A stretch of 64,000 nt of DNA, taken from an uncultured virus (IMG/VR IMGVR_UViG_3300030107_002792) (Duplodnaviria; Heunggongvirae; Uroviricota; Caudoviricetes; Kyanoviridae). The position numbers and the translations under genes were made by a program. This document shows, in pieces, positions 47,902 to 56,587 of the stretch. The notes below the pieces were generated by a model. It was not told the origin of the DNA and ran no database searches. It saw only the letters and a program-made list of their open reading frames with translations. Position 1 is the stretch's first letter. Every line of letters begins with the position of its first letter. Where the stretch lies: IMG/VR virus record IMGVR_UViG_3300030107_002792; one strand, written 5' to 3'.

Positions 47902-49020
47902 ATGTCGAAAGCACTAGAGGTGGGACAATGGTATACTTTACCTGGAATCCCAGATATAGAAATAGCGGTATTAATTACCAAAGCATTTTTAAAGTATCCT
48001 GAGTGGATAACTCAGAGAGATACAGAGAACAGACTTAAGAAGAAAGGTGTTATAGATCACCTAAGAAAACTATTCCCTACTCATCATATTGTAGCAGTTG
48101 GAGAATTAACTGAAGAGGATGATTGGGAAGATAAAGTATATGAAGCAGGTCATACTTGGAGACTTGATGCTAACACAAGAGCAAAAGTGTGGGAAAGAGG
48201 TTTAGTTAATGAACTTCCTAAAGGTGTATTAGCAGTTAAGTTTAAGGGTAAAACTTTAAAAGATATAAGGAATATTTACTGGGCATTTGATAACCCAACA
48301 GCAGCAGAAGTAGCAGCAGAAGTTGTTACTGGATGTCTTAAATCTCTTGGTATAGAGTTACTTACTAAGAAGTTTAGGGATGGGCAATTTGTTACTTCTC
48401 TATCATATTGTTGTAAATTTGATGCACCAGATGTATATGGTACTAAAGGATTATGGTCGGAACCTGATGATGATTCAGTAACTATAACTGAATACAAAAG
48501 GACTCAGACTTTACATGCAGTTAGACATTATGCTGATACAATTAGTGCAGTTGATGAACTGTTAAGTAAGACAGGTATAATATCATATTTCGATCAAACA
48601 TTTATAACAGCACTATTCTTATTCCATAGAAAGTACGGTTGCTTTGATGATAACGTAACTAACCTATGTTTAAACCTTACAGGTAGACTTAAGGATGAAG
48701 ATGGTGAACAGGCATTAATAGCAACTGCACCTAATAAGGATGCTAAATTAAATGCTACTGCATGGATTGATAGGGAGAATAACAAATCATTCTCTAATTA
48801 TCAAGATCAATGTATTATTCAAGACAGAGGAAAAATGGAAGGTTTCTATCAAGGAGTGCCATTCTTTACCTACTGGTTATCAATCGCATCACAAAATGGT
48901 CTTAAGCATAGACAAAATAAAGGTGCAAAAGGCGGTTATACCAACTGGTTTGAAGGTACATTCCTTAAGACCAATAAAAGAGCAGCAGTTGAAAGACTAG
49001 AGAAATCACTGTCAATCTAG
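47902..49020 (+). CDS. Hypothetical protein with a possible ParB/DndB-like N-terminal domain
   Basis: QRD...RLDANTR resembles the DG(Q/N)HR motif; GAGG SD. Confidence 0.55.
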   Translation: MSKALEVGQWYTLPGIPDIEIAVLITKAFLKYPEWITQRDTENRLKKKGVIDHLRKLFPTHHIVAVGELTEEDDWEDKVYEAGHTWRLDANTRAKVWERGLVNELPKGVLAVKFKGKTLKDIRNIYWAFDNPTAAEVAAEVVTGCLKSLGIELLTKKFRDGQFVTSLSYCCKFDAPDVYGTKGLWSEPDDDSVTITEYKRTQTLHAVRHYADTISAVDELLSKTGIISYFDQTFITALFLFHRKYGCFDDNVTNLCLNLTGRLKDEDGEQALIATAPNKDAKLNATAWIDRENNKSFSNYQDQCIIQDRGKMEGFYQGVPFFTYWLSIASQNGLKHRQNKGAKGGYTNWFEGTFLKTNKRAAVERLEKSLSI

Positions 49021-49086
49021 AAACTGTCCACTAAATGCCCCATTTCATCCTGATCTGGGGTATATTAATATTGTTGAGAAATTCCT

Positions 49087-49272
49087 ATGAAATTCTTTTC
49101 TGCCAAGACACAAATCTATGGCATTAAAAAAGCACTCAAAGCGAGTGAACGTGATCCATTTCTTTATAATGAAGAAGAGATCATTAAATTAAAAACTTCT
49201 CTTCGCAAATTGCGTGAAGAGCAAGAACAAACCCGACAAATTCAAAACGGAGGATTTGGTTATGACGTTTAA
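49087..49272 (+). CDS. Early hypothetical protein
   Basis: First ORF after an early-promoter motif. Confidence 0.65.
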   Translation: MKFFSAKTQIYGIKKALKASERDPFLYNEEEIIKLKTSLRKLREEQEQTRQIQNGGFGYDV

Positions 49273-49392
49273 AAAGATTAATGTCGAATACGATCAAGAT
49301 TTTGACAACTGTCAAGAACAAGAAGATGATTGGGTTTCTTCAGTAATAGGAACTGAAGATGATGCAATTTATGATGTTCTTGCGGAGATTAA

Positions 49393-49587
49393 ATGACAAC
49401 AATTCCACGCAAATTGAAGATGCTACTTGACTCTTATGATGAGGGTATTCTTGATTCAGATGGTCAAGTAGAAATGGCACAGTTCTTAATAGATTGTGAC
49501 CTACACAATGAGTTATTACAGTATCAGAAACTATGTGATTATTTGATCGCTGAAGGTTACTGTTATGATGTACATCAGGAGGCATAA
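49393..49587 (+). CDS. Hypothetical protein
   Basis: GGAG SD; coupled to neighbours. Confidence 0.65.
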   Translation: MTTIPRKLKMLLDSYDEGILDSDGQVEMAQFLIDCDLHNELLQYQKLCDYLIAEGYCYDVHQEA

Positions 49588-49949
49588 TGAATACTTACGA
49601 AGTCCTATTACAACGTGAAATTGGTATTAATAAGACCGTATTTGTTCACGATTGTTATTATGAAGATGAAGCAAGATTGCTTGCTGAATCTCAATATGGA
49701 CTTCCAGTATTAAGAGTATTGTATAAAGGACAATCTAATAATAGCAGTGTTAATGATGTTCCTGAACCCTATTATGGTGGCACTTGGTTATCAACAATAG
49801 GGTCAGGAAATAGTTCTATTACTAATATATTAGCATTACCATTTGGTATCTTAATTATTATATTATTAATAGAATTTTGGTGGTGGTTTGTTGCTATAAC
49901 TTGCATAGGAGTTGGGTGGAGAACATATCAATATATCAAAGACGACTAG
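49587..49949 (+). CDS. Hypothetical membrane protein
   Basis: C-terminal hydrophobic hairpin; AGGAGG SD. Confidence 0.65.
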   Translation: MNTYEVLLQREIGINKTVFVHDCYYEDEARLLAESQYGLPVLRVLYKGQSNNSSVNDVPEPYYGGTWLSTIGSGNSSITNILALPFGILIIILLIEFWWWFVAITCIGVGWRTYQYIKDD

Positions 49950-50077
49950 GCATTTATTTTTGTTAATTAAGTGTCGATATTCTAACAAAAATATGATAAA
50001 TAGTGGTAGAATTAAGGTCAACAAAGATGAACTGAAATCTCATACATTATGAGTCAATAGTTTACAAGGAGGTCTAA

Positions 50078-50242
50078 TTGTCTAACAGTTTAATTTCATT
50101 CAATCATTTGGCACATTGGAAACATAGTATTAATCAATCATCACAAGATGATAAAATAGATGAGTACTTTGAATGTCTAATTGATTGCGATACACACGAC
50201 CAAAATAGTTGTAGGAGGGTATGTTCAGAGTTATTAGTTTAA
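50078..50242 (+). CDS. Small Cys-rich protein (54 aa, TTG start)
   Basis: AAGGAGG SD; ...DEYFECLIDCDTHDQNSCRRVCSELLV; late promoter ATAAATA upstream. Confidence 0.75.
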   Translation: MSNSLISFNHLAHWKHSINQSSQDDKIDEYFECLIDCDTHDQNSCRRVCSELLV

Positions 50243-50266
50243 GGGACAATTAGTAAGAATTAAGTT

Positions 50267-50304
50267 AAAAGAGGGTTTACATACCCTCTTTTTTATGGTA
50301 TAAT
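50267..50304 (+). terminator. Terminator hairpin overlapping a sigma70 promoter
   Basis: AAAAGAGGGT/ACCCTCTTTT plus T run; TTTACA 50276-50281, 17 nt, TATAAT 50299-50304. Confidence 0.75.
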
Positions 50305-50326
50305 GTATTTGAATAATATCATTATT

Positions 50327-50398
50327 ATGTGGTACATTATTTTCTGGACAGCAATTACTATGTTCATACTTGTTAAAGTAGGTGCATTTAAGAAATGA
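50327..50398 (+). CDS. Tiny membrane peptide (23 aa)
   Basis: MWYIIFWTAITMFILVKVGAFKK; ATGA overlap with the MTase. Confidence 0.45.
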   Translation: MWYIIFWTAITMFILVKVGAFKK

Positions 50399-51363
50399 AA
50401 GATACAATATTATTTGGAGATTGTCGCAAGACATTATCAGCATTTCTACCAAATAGTGCTCGTATGTGTGTAACAAGTCCACCATATTACGGACTAAGAG
50501 ATTATGGTGGAGAAGATAATCAAATAGGTTTAGAACAATCACCAGAAGAATATGTTAATGAAATGGTGAATGTGTTCAGAGAAGTTAGAAATGTATTAAC
50601 TGAAGATGGAACACTATGGTTAAACATAGGTGATAGTTATTACAACTATCGTCCTGGTAAGGGTGCTAATTACCCTAAGCAAAGTGTTAGTGAGACTAGA
50701 CAAGATTTACCTACTAATAGTAACAAACGTGCTAACAAATTAGAGGGACTAAAAGAGAAAGATTTAATTGGTATTCCTTGGATGTTAGCATTTGCATTAC
50801 GAGCAGATGGATGGTACTTAAGGCAAGATATTATATGGCATAAACCTAATCCAATGCCTGAAAGTGTAAGAGATAGATGCACTAAAGCACATGAATATAT
50901 GTTCCTCTTAAGTAAGAATAAGCATTACTATTATGATAATGATGCTATTAAAGAACCAGCAAAAGATTGGGGAACCAGAGATAGAACTAACGGCAAATAT
51001 CATAATGAGGGAACAGGATTACAACCTCATTCTGGTCTCACTAAATCATATCCAAAGAAGAATAAACGTAGTGTATGGAGTATAACTAAGAAACCATATA
51101 AGGGTGCTCATTTTGCTACTTTCCCACCTGAATTAATCATCCCATGTATTAAAGCAGGTTCAGCACTAAATGATACTATCATTGACCCATTTATGGGATC
51201 TGGAACTACTGCAATGGTAGCAAAATCATTAGGTAGGTATTACTTAGGGTGCGAATTACACGAGGATTATGGTCATTTAATAGAGCAGAGAGTGAGAGAA
51301 TATCATGTGCCAACTGACAAAGTGGTACATAATGGACTGACAACCCTCTTGGATCGTGTATAA
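50395..51363 (+). CDS. DNA methyltransferase, N4-C/N6-A, beta class (solitary)
   Basis: VTSPPYYGLRDY; WHKPNPMPES; AHFATFP; DPFMGSGTT. Confidence 0.94.
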   Translation: MKDTILFGDCRKTLSAFLPNSARMCVTSPPYYGLRDYGGEDNQIGLEQSPEEYVNEMVNVFREVRNVLTEDGTLWLNIGDSYYNYRPGKGANYPKQSVSETRQDLPTNSNKRANKLEGLKEKDLIGIPWMLAFALRADGWYLRQDIIWHKPNPMPESVRDRCTKAHEYMFLLSKNKHYYYDNDAIKEPAKDWGTRDRTNGKYHNEGTGLQPHSGLTKSYPKKNKRSVWSITKKPYKGAHFATFPPELIIPCIKAGSALNDTIIDPFMGSGTTAMVAKSLGRYYLGCELHEDYGHLIEQRVREYHVPTDKVVHNGLTTLLDRV

Positions 51364-51364
51364 T
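51307..51364 (+). promoter_or_regulatory. Early-type promoter for the structured RNA
   Basis: GTGCCAA-N8-GTGGTAC; CTGACA; TATAAT 51359-51364. Confidence 0.65.
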
Positions 51365-51368
51365 AGAA

Positions 51369-51740
51369 GAGCGAAACAGTTAAGGGTTCAACTACTCTAA
51401 CAGTTTTGAGAATGGGCAAACGCAAGGCAGGGGTGAGTAACAATTCAGGAGTCTCTTAGATGACACACTGTGGACAACTGCTCTTTATGTTTGGAGACCT
51501 CTTGTACTGCTGATGTCCTCGGACATCTGAAAAGACAGTTTTGAAGTTGTAAGTCCCACTCTCAAACAAGAAGTAGAGACATGACGTTGAATTAAAATTA
51601 CATTACCCTTAATGTTTCGCTCACCAATTAGGCAAGGATCTATGGTTGTCTCAATTCAGTTGAGAAATTACGTCCTGTAAGTCCTGTTCGAGGAGATGGA
51701 TGTGCCTCTCGGTTCGCAACCGAAGAAAGAACTAACATCC
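51369..51740 (+). ncRNA. Large multi-domain structured RNA (uncharacterised)
   Basis: 17 bp closing stem 51369-51386/51606-51622 with nested stems; two further hairpin domains; no ORF of 60 aa or more. Confidence 0.75.
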
Positions 51741-51766
51741 CTATAGTTTACTTACTAATTAACACT

Positions 51767-52045
51767 ATGCCAACTGCATCTACAGCGAAGAAAGTAACAA
51801 CACCTCGCAAAAGACGCACTCGCAAAGCAACAACAACTACAAAGAAAGTTGCTCCACTAAATACAACAGTCGCTAGACCAATCGTGTCCGAAACTGTTAA
51901 GGAACAACCTAAAGTTCAAGAAGTTGTTACTATTAAGTCACTTAAAGATTATCCTCGTGATGGATTATCTCTTGTAATTCTTCCTCTATTATATCTCGAA
52001 GCATTTACAAAAGAGATCCTTAAAGCAACAGGGACAATCAAGTAA
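51767..52045 (+). CDS. Basic protein with Arg/Lys-rich N-terminus and hydrophobic C-terminal segment
   Basis: KKVTTPRKRRTRKATTTTKK; GLSLVILPLLYL. Confidence 0.7.
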   Translation: MPTASTAKKVTTPRKRRTRKATTTTKKVAPLNTTVARPIVSETVKEQPKVQEVVTIKSLKDYPRDGLSLVILPLLYLEAFTKEILKATGTIK

Positions 52046-52054
52046 CTGTCCACT

Positions 52055-52077
52055 AAACCCCCACAAGGGGGTTTTTT
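52055..52077 (+). terminator. Rho-independent terminator embedded in the next promoter
   Basis: AAACCCCC-acaa-GGGGGTTTTTT. Confidence 0.8.
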
Positions 52078-52143
52078 ATTGCTATATTATAAATGTTGAG
52101 GCATCAACACTTATTAAATTTACATTATGAAGGAGATTTCCAT

Positions 52144-53391
52144 TTGAAAGACACATTGAGACCTCACCAGTTGCGTGCCTATAACTCAATGAGTCAGGCA
52201 AATCATGGTCAAATTGTAATACCTACTGGTGGTGGTAAAACATATATTATGATAGCAGATTGCGATAGGATACTATCAACTAATGGAAGACCTCACAAGA
52301 CATTTGTTGTAGTTGCACCTCGCATATTACTTGCTAATCAGTTATCTGATGAGTTTGAATCTGCTCTTAATAATGTTAGTATTGCACACGTACATAGTGG
52401 TGAAACACATCATTTTAGCACCACAGATCACAGATTTTTAACACACTGGGATAGCACAACTATCAGTGATAAGATTATATTTACTACCTATCATTCACTT
52501 CACAGAGTATTAGATAGTATGGTAGATATTGATAGAATATATTTTGATGAAGCACATAATGGCACTGGTAAATCATTCTTTAAGCAGATAAAGAGAGTTG
52601 CTGATTTACAAATATCACGTTTCTTTTTTACTGCTACTCCTCGTATTGCACGCTCTAAGAATAACATTAGTGCGGAAAGAGGTATGAATAATGCGGAAGT
52701 TTGGGGTAATGTATTAGAGCAAACAACAGCACAAGAGTTAATAGATAGTGGCACTATCTTATACCCTAAAGTTATACCATTTGAGAACGATAGAGAGAGA
52801 ACTAAGTTAAACGCACATGAAGTAGATAGTGATAACTTAAAGGACATACTTACCAACATAACTGATAACAATCCAAAGGTACTTGTGAGTGCTCCAACAA
52901 CAAGAATACTATGGAATATGCTCTCACAAACTGATATTAAAGATTGGTTACATGAGAGAGAATATAACATTTTACACATCACATCTAAGCATGGTGCTAT
53001 CATTAATGGTAAGAAAGTTGGTAGAGAAGAGTTCTTCAAATTGCTTACAAAATGGGGTAAAGATGATACTAAGAAGATGATAGTCTTCCATTATAGTATA
53101 CTATCAGAGGGCATAAATGTTCCTGGTTTGACTCATTCAGTGATGCTAAGAAATCTACCTAATATTGAAATGGCACAGACAATAGGTAGAATAATTAGAA
53201 TACATGAGAAGGACAAAGTTGCAATGAAAGAGGGTAAAATACCTGCTGGTCAGTATAACTTATACCATAAAAGTCATGGTCAAATATGTGTTCCAGTATC
53301 AGGTAAATACGGTCAAAGAATAGCAAAAAGGTTGCAATCTGTCGTTTCATATATCTTTATAGAGGGTATTCCACCAGTTGCATATGTTTAG
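52144..53391 (+). CDS. SF2 DExH helicase (restriction-subunit-like)
   Basis: TTG start after AGGAG; LRPHQ, PTGGGKT, FDEAH, TATP, LSEGINVP, QTIGR. Confidence 0.9.
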   Translation: MKDTLRPHQLRAYNSMSQANHGQIVIPTGGGKTYIMIADCDRILSTNGRPHKTFVVVAPRILLANQLSDEFESALNNVSIAHVHSGETHHFSTTDHRFLTHWDSTTISDKIIFTTYHSLHRVLDSMVDIDRIYFDEAHNGTGKSFFKQIKRVADLQISRFFFTATPRIARSKNNISAERGMNNAEVWGNVLEQTTAQELIDSGTILYPKVIPFENDRERTKLNAHEVDSDNLKDILTNITDNNPKVLVSAPTTRILWNMLSQTDIKDWLHEREYNILHITSKHGAIINGKKVGREEFFKLLTKWGKDDTKKMIVFHYSILSEGINVPGLTHSVMLRNLPNIEMAQTIGRIIRIHEKDKVAMKEGKIPAGQYNLYHKSHGQICVPVSGKYGQRIAKRLQSVVSYIFIEGIPPVAYV

Positions 53392-53592
53392 TGTGACAGT
53401 ACGAGTAGTGTCTACTATTTTCCCCATTGTCCCTAAAATCGACTATTATATAAGAGTAAACCAAATAACGGAGTTTATGACCACACTTTCCAAAGAAGTT
53501 TATCAACAGTTGGTTAATCCAACTCCAGTCATTAAGTATTACTTTTTGACTCCTCAGAGTGTTACTAACCCTAAGAATACTAGGAGGACAAA

Positions 53593-53802
53593 ATGAAAAC
53601 ATTTATCTATTCATTTCGCATAGTATGTGAAAACAATGATGAACCAAATCCTGTTCATTTATGTGAAGAAATACAAGCATATTTGAACAGTAATTTATCA
53701 TATTATGATGATGCAATGGATCAACATATTAATGCTGAGGTTGTGGGTTATAATGTAGAAGTAGATCAATTTAATCCATTTATTGCAGAGGAGGAGTATT
53801 AA
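53593..53802 (+). CDS. Early hypothetical protein
   Basis: AGGAGG SD. Confidence 0.7.
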   Translation: MKTFIYSFRIVCENNDEPNPVHLCEEIQAYLNSNLSYYDDAMDQHINAEVVGYNVEVDQFNPFIAEEEY

Positions 53803-53978
53803 TGAACAATCTTGATTTCCTATCACAAGTATTAGAAGATTTCTGCCTTAATTATGACTTAGAGTTTATGAGTGCAGATGATATTTTATACGGTGATTGT
53901 GATAATAAACTAGATGATAACCAGAAAGATTGGTTGAGAAACTATATCGAAGTCTGGGATACTATTGTGAACTTATGA
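53802..53978 (+). CDS. Early hypothetical protein (58 aa)
   Basis: GAGGAGG SD; MNNLDFLSQVLEDFC... Confidence 0.6.
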   Translation: MNNLDFLSQVLEDFCLNYDLEFMSADDILYGDCDNKLDDNQKDWLRNYIEVWDTIVNL

Positions 53979-54196
53979 TAGTATTACGCATACATGAGAA
54001 TAACACTGGAACGATTAATTTCGATTCAGAAGAACAATTAGAGGCATGGATTGATGCTCCTAATTATGAACAAGTACAATGGGAATACACTAATGAAGAT
54101 GTATTTCATAGGACGTATTTTGTAGAACGTAACATTAACTCTTTCACCCCAACTTCGGAGGACATTTCTAATGCAATCTGGAACAAATATGCGTAG
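53975..54196 (+). CDS. Early hypothetical protein
   Basis: ATGA coupling; MIVLRIHENN. Confidence 0.55.
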   Translation: MIVLRIHENNTGTINFDSEEQLEAWIDAPNYEQVQWEYTNEDVFHRTYFVERNINSFTPTSEDISNAIWNKYA

Positions 54197-54404
54197 CAAT
54201 CTAATCATCACACCAAAGACTTCAGCATCTATTGAGTTAGATAGCGACCAAATTAGCACTCTATTGTATATCATAGAGGGATATTGTCAAGGTGATGATT
54301 ACATTGAAGGAACTGATTTTGGTAATGATTGTGATAAGTTAGTGGAGATATTAGAGCACGCAAGTGAAACAATACCACTAGAAGATGATCCATGTTGGCA
54401 ATAG
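54189..54404 (+). CDS. Early hypothetical protein
   Basis: MRSNLIIT...; overlaps the upstream stop. Confidence 0.55.
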   Translation: MRSNLIITPKTSASIELDSDQISTLLYIIEGYCQGDDYIEGTDFGNDCDKLVEILEHASETIPLEDDPCWQ

Positions 54405-54491
54405 TGTGACAGTACAATTACTGTCTACTTTTTTCCCATTTGACTCTATTATGCCTTATTATAATAGAGTAAACAACAAAACTTTTATTTT

Positions 54492-54971
54492 ATGACTCTT
54501 ACATCAGTTGAATTCAGAGAAGAACTTCAGGGTAAACTTGAAGACAATGTATTACTTTGGACTGAAGGATTATGTGATGCTCTTGAAAAGAATTACTTTG
54601 ATTATCACCTTAGAATGATAACAAATAACTCTACAAGATACACTGAAGGAGAGTTATCAGAGTATGCACAATCTCAGTTAGATGCTATTAACAATGGCAC
54701 TGCTAATTTGATGAAGTTTAAGATAGTTACTGGACGTAAGTATCACAAAATTATACAACAAGACTACGATACATTTCAAGATAGAAATGAATATAGGGAT
54801 GGCAGTGTTCATGCCTTTGTTGATAAGAAAACTGGTGAAGTTTATAAACCAGCAAGTTGGAAATCTCCCGCAAAACATGTTAGATATGATATGAGAATTA
54901 TCAAACATAGGGAGTATTTACATAACTCACAGAATACAGGTTGGGCAGGTGGTTATCTCTATATGAGATAA
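54492..54971 (+). CDS. Conserved early phage protein
   Basis: GRKYHKI...SVHAFVDKKTGEVYKPASWKSPAK...WAGGYLY. Confidence 0.8.
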   Translation: MTLTSVEFREELQGKLEDNVLLWTEGLCDALEKNYFDYHLRMITNNSTRYTEGELSEYAQSQLDAINNGTANLMKFKIVTGRKYHKIIQQDYDTFQDRNEYRDGSVHAFVDKKTGEVYKPASWKSPAKHVRYDMRIIKHREYLHNSQNTGWAGGYLYMR

Positions 54972-55009
54972 TCTTCCCCCTCTAAGTATCATTCATTCAC
55001 CCTAATTAC

Positions 55010-55153
55010 ATGTCTACATTAACAATCACCGACTACGAATCAAATCTACTATTTGATATGTTGTACACAACAATTTCAGAGTTTAATGATGGAGAATATC
55101 CTGTAGAACTTGACACATTGTTCACCAAATTACAGGATGCAAAGTTACAATGA
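55010..55153 (+). CDS. Early hypothetical protein (47 aa)
   Basis: Hand-translated; coupled to the next ORF. Confidence 0.5.
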   Translation: MSTLTITDYESNLLFDMLYTTISEFNDGEYPVELDTLFTKLQDAKLQ

Positions 55154-55332
55154 AACTCTTTATTTCAGACGGTAAATGTTATCGTAATCACAAGTATCAG
55201 AAGAGAAGATTAAGTAAAGCAGATCACATCTATCTAATTAAAACAACAAATTGGAAGGATATTATCTGGACATACTTCTCAGAAATCGAAGACGATTTCA
55301 GACTCTTAAATTCACCTTACTCCCCTAATTAA
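55150..55332 (+). CDS. Early hypothetical protein
   Basis: ORF track; ATGA overlap. Confidence 0.55.
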   Translation: MKLFISDGKCYRNHKYQKRRLSKADHIYLIKTTNWKDIIWTYFSEIEDDFRLLNSPYSPN

Positions 55333-55333
55333 C

Positions 55334-55717
55334 ATGACTAATTATCAACAATCAGCAAATCCAAATGCAACTAATAGTGAATTAGATGCTAAGGTTATTG
55401 TTAAACAACCTAAACTAAATTCATTCCAATTAGATGAAGTTGTAGAGCAATATGCAGAGTTAGTTCTTGATAGAATGGACATGAAAGATTTAGAGCAATA
55501 TGTATATGATTCTCTATCAGATTACTACGGTAAAATGTCACAAACTGAACTAAGAGAACATATCATTGAAATGGAAAATAGTGGTGATCCCACTGATAAC
55601 TTATTTGATGAATTAGCAGAGAATGTAACAATTACAGATTTGATGAAAGAGAAAGATAGTGATGAAGATACCAGATCTTTTGGTATGCAAACATTTATTC
55701 CAGGATTCCATGACTAA
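55334..55717 (+). CDS. Early hypothetical protein
   Basis: 127 aa, acidic. Confidence 0.7.
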   Translation: MTNYQQSANPNATNSELDAKVIVKQPKLNSFQLDEVVEQYAELVLDRMDMKDLEQYVYDSLSDYYGKMSQTELREHIIEMENSGDPTDNLFDELAENVTITDLMKEKDSDEDTRSFGMQTFIPGFHD

Positions 55718-55910
55718 ACTAACATATAGTGACTCTCCATTCTTCTCAAATTGGAGTCAAAGTTACTTCACTAATTTAACATTAGATCAGCACATTGCTA
55801 ACAACAACTGGTTTATGAATACACTCACTATGTTAAAAGATGATGGTGTATTATATGTCCCAGTTCTTGATAAGAACTTCAACAGATTAGGGGAGGAAAT
55901 TAATGACTAA
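55710..55910 (+). CDS. Early hypothetical protein
   Basis: ATG 55710; LKDDGVLYVP...FN..GEE. Confidence 0.65.
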   Translation: MTKLTYSDSPFFSNWSQSYFTNLTLDQHIANNNWFMNTLTMLKDDGVLYVPVLDKNFNRLGEEIND

Positions 55911-56064
55911 CGTCACAAAGTACACTCGTGCAGGTGTTAGTGGGAAACAAATAGTATGCCCACAATGTAACAACGAAGCAAGAGTATTTCACTTCAGTTG
56001 GAGTGCATTAACCTGTCAATCTTGCAAACAAAGTATTAACAAACCCGATTGGATTCTTACCTAA
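55903..56064 (+). CDS. Small zinc-ribbon protein (53 aa)
   Basis: GGAGG SD; CPQC...VFHFSWSALTCQSC. Confidence 0.7.
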   Translation: MTNVTKYTRAGVSGKQIVCPQCNNEARVFHFSWSALTCQSCKQSINKPDWILT

Positions 56065-56270
56065 AATGACATACTACACAGTCGAAACTGACCTATTTAC
56101 TGTTGACTTTAAGGATGAATATACATACCTTAATTGTCTATTAGCAGCAAAAGATTTAGGTGTCAATTTAGATCATTACCTACTAGAATTTCAACTAGAA
56201 GATGATGATTAACCATGATATTTGACTCACTAAATGTTGTCAACTGGTCTTGTGTCACTCTTCAAACAGG

Positions 56271-56536
56271 CACAAGATCGCTTGATTTTTGCCCCATTTT
56301 ATGAGATCATAATAGTATAAAGAAATTTGATTTAAACTATTATGAGATATTCAGTTCACTGCCCATCCGCACCATTTGAGAATTCCTCATTTGTTGACCT
56401 TGCCGACTGTTGGGGTTTATGCCTCGATTTATCCGAAGAGTATGGATATGCTGAGGTCAGATATGGTGCTTGCGTCATGGGATCCTACACTAATGGACAG
56501 TAGACAAACTGCCACAAGATCGCTTGATTTTTGCCC
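56271..56536 (+). repeat. 24 bp exact direct repeat (promoter units) flanking one gene
   Basis: CACAAGATCGCTTGATTTTTGCCC at 56271-56294 and 56513-56536. Confidence 0.9.
56342..56503 (+). CDS. Small early protein (53 aa)
   Basis: MRYSVHCPSAPFENSSFVDLADCWGLCLDLSEEYGYAEVRYG...; follows a promoter. Confidence 0.7.
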   Translation: MRYSVHCPSAPFENSSFVDLADCWGLCLDLSEEYGYAEVRYGACVMGSYTNGQ

Positions 56537-56587
56537 AAATCTGTGCTATATTAAGAACATAATCAAGGACAACACAATTTTAATTTT

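Noticed and set aside
51505..51540. CTGATG...GAAA resembling a hammerhead ribozyme core
   Set aside because: It reads CUGAUGU rather than CUGANGA, the GATGTC is taken up in its own hairpin, and I could not build stems I and III with a cleavage triplet
52500..53039. Long antisense ORFs (also 4232..4684, 12601..12999, 13708..14079 and others)
   Set aside because: They shadow well-supported + strand genes, have no motifs, and are expected from codon bias
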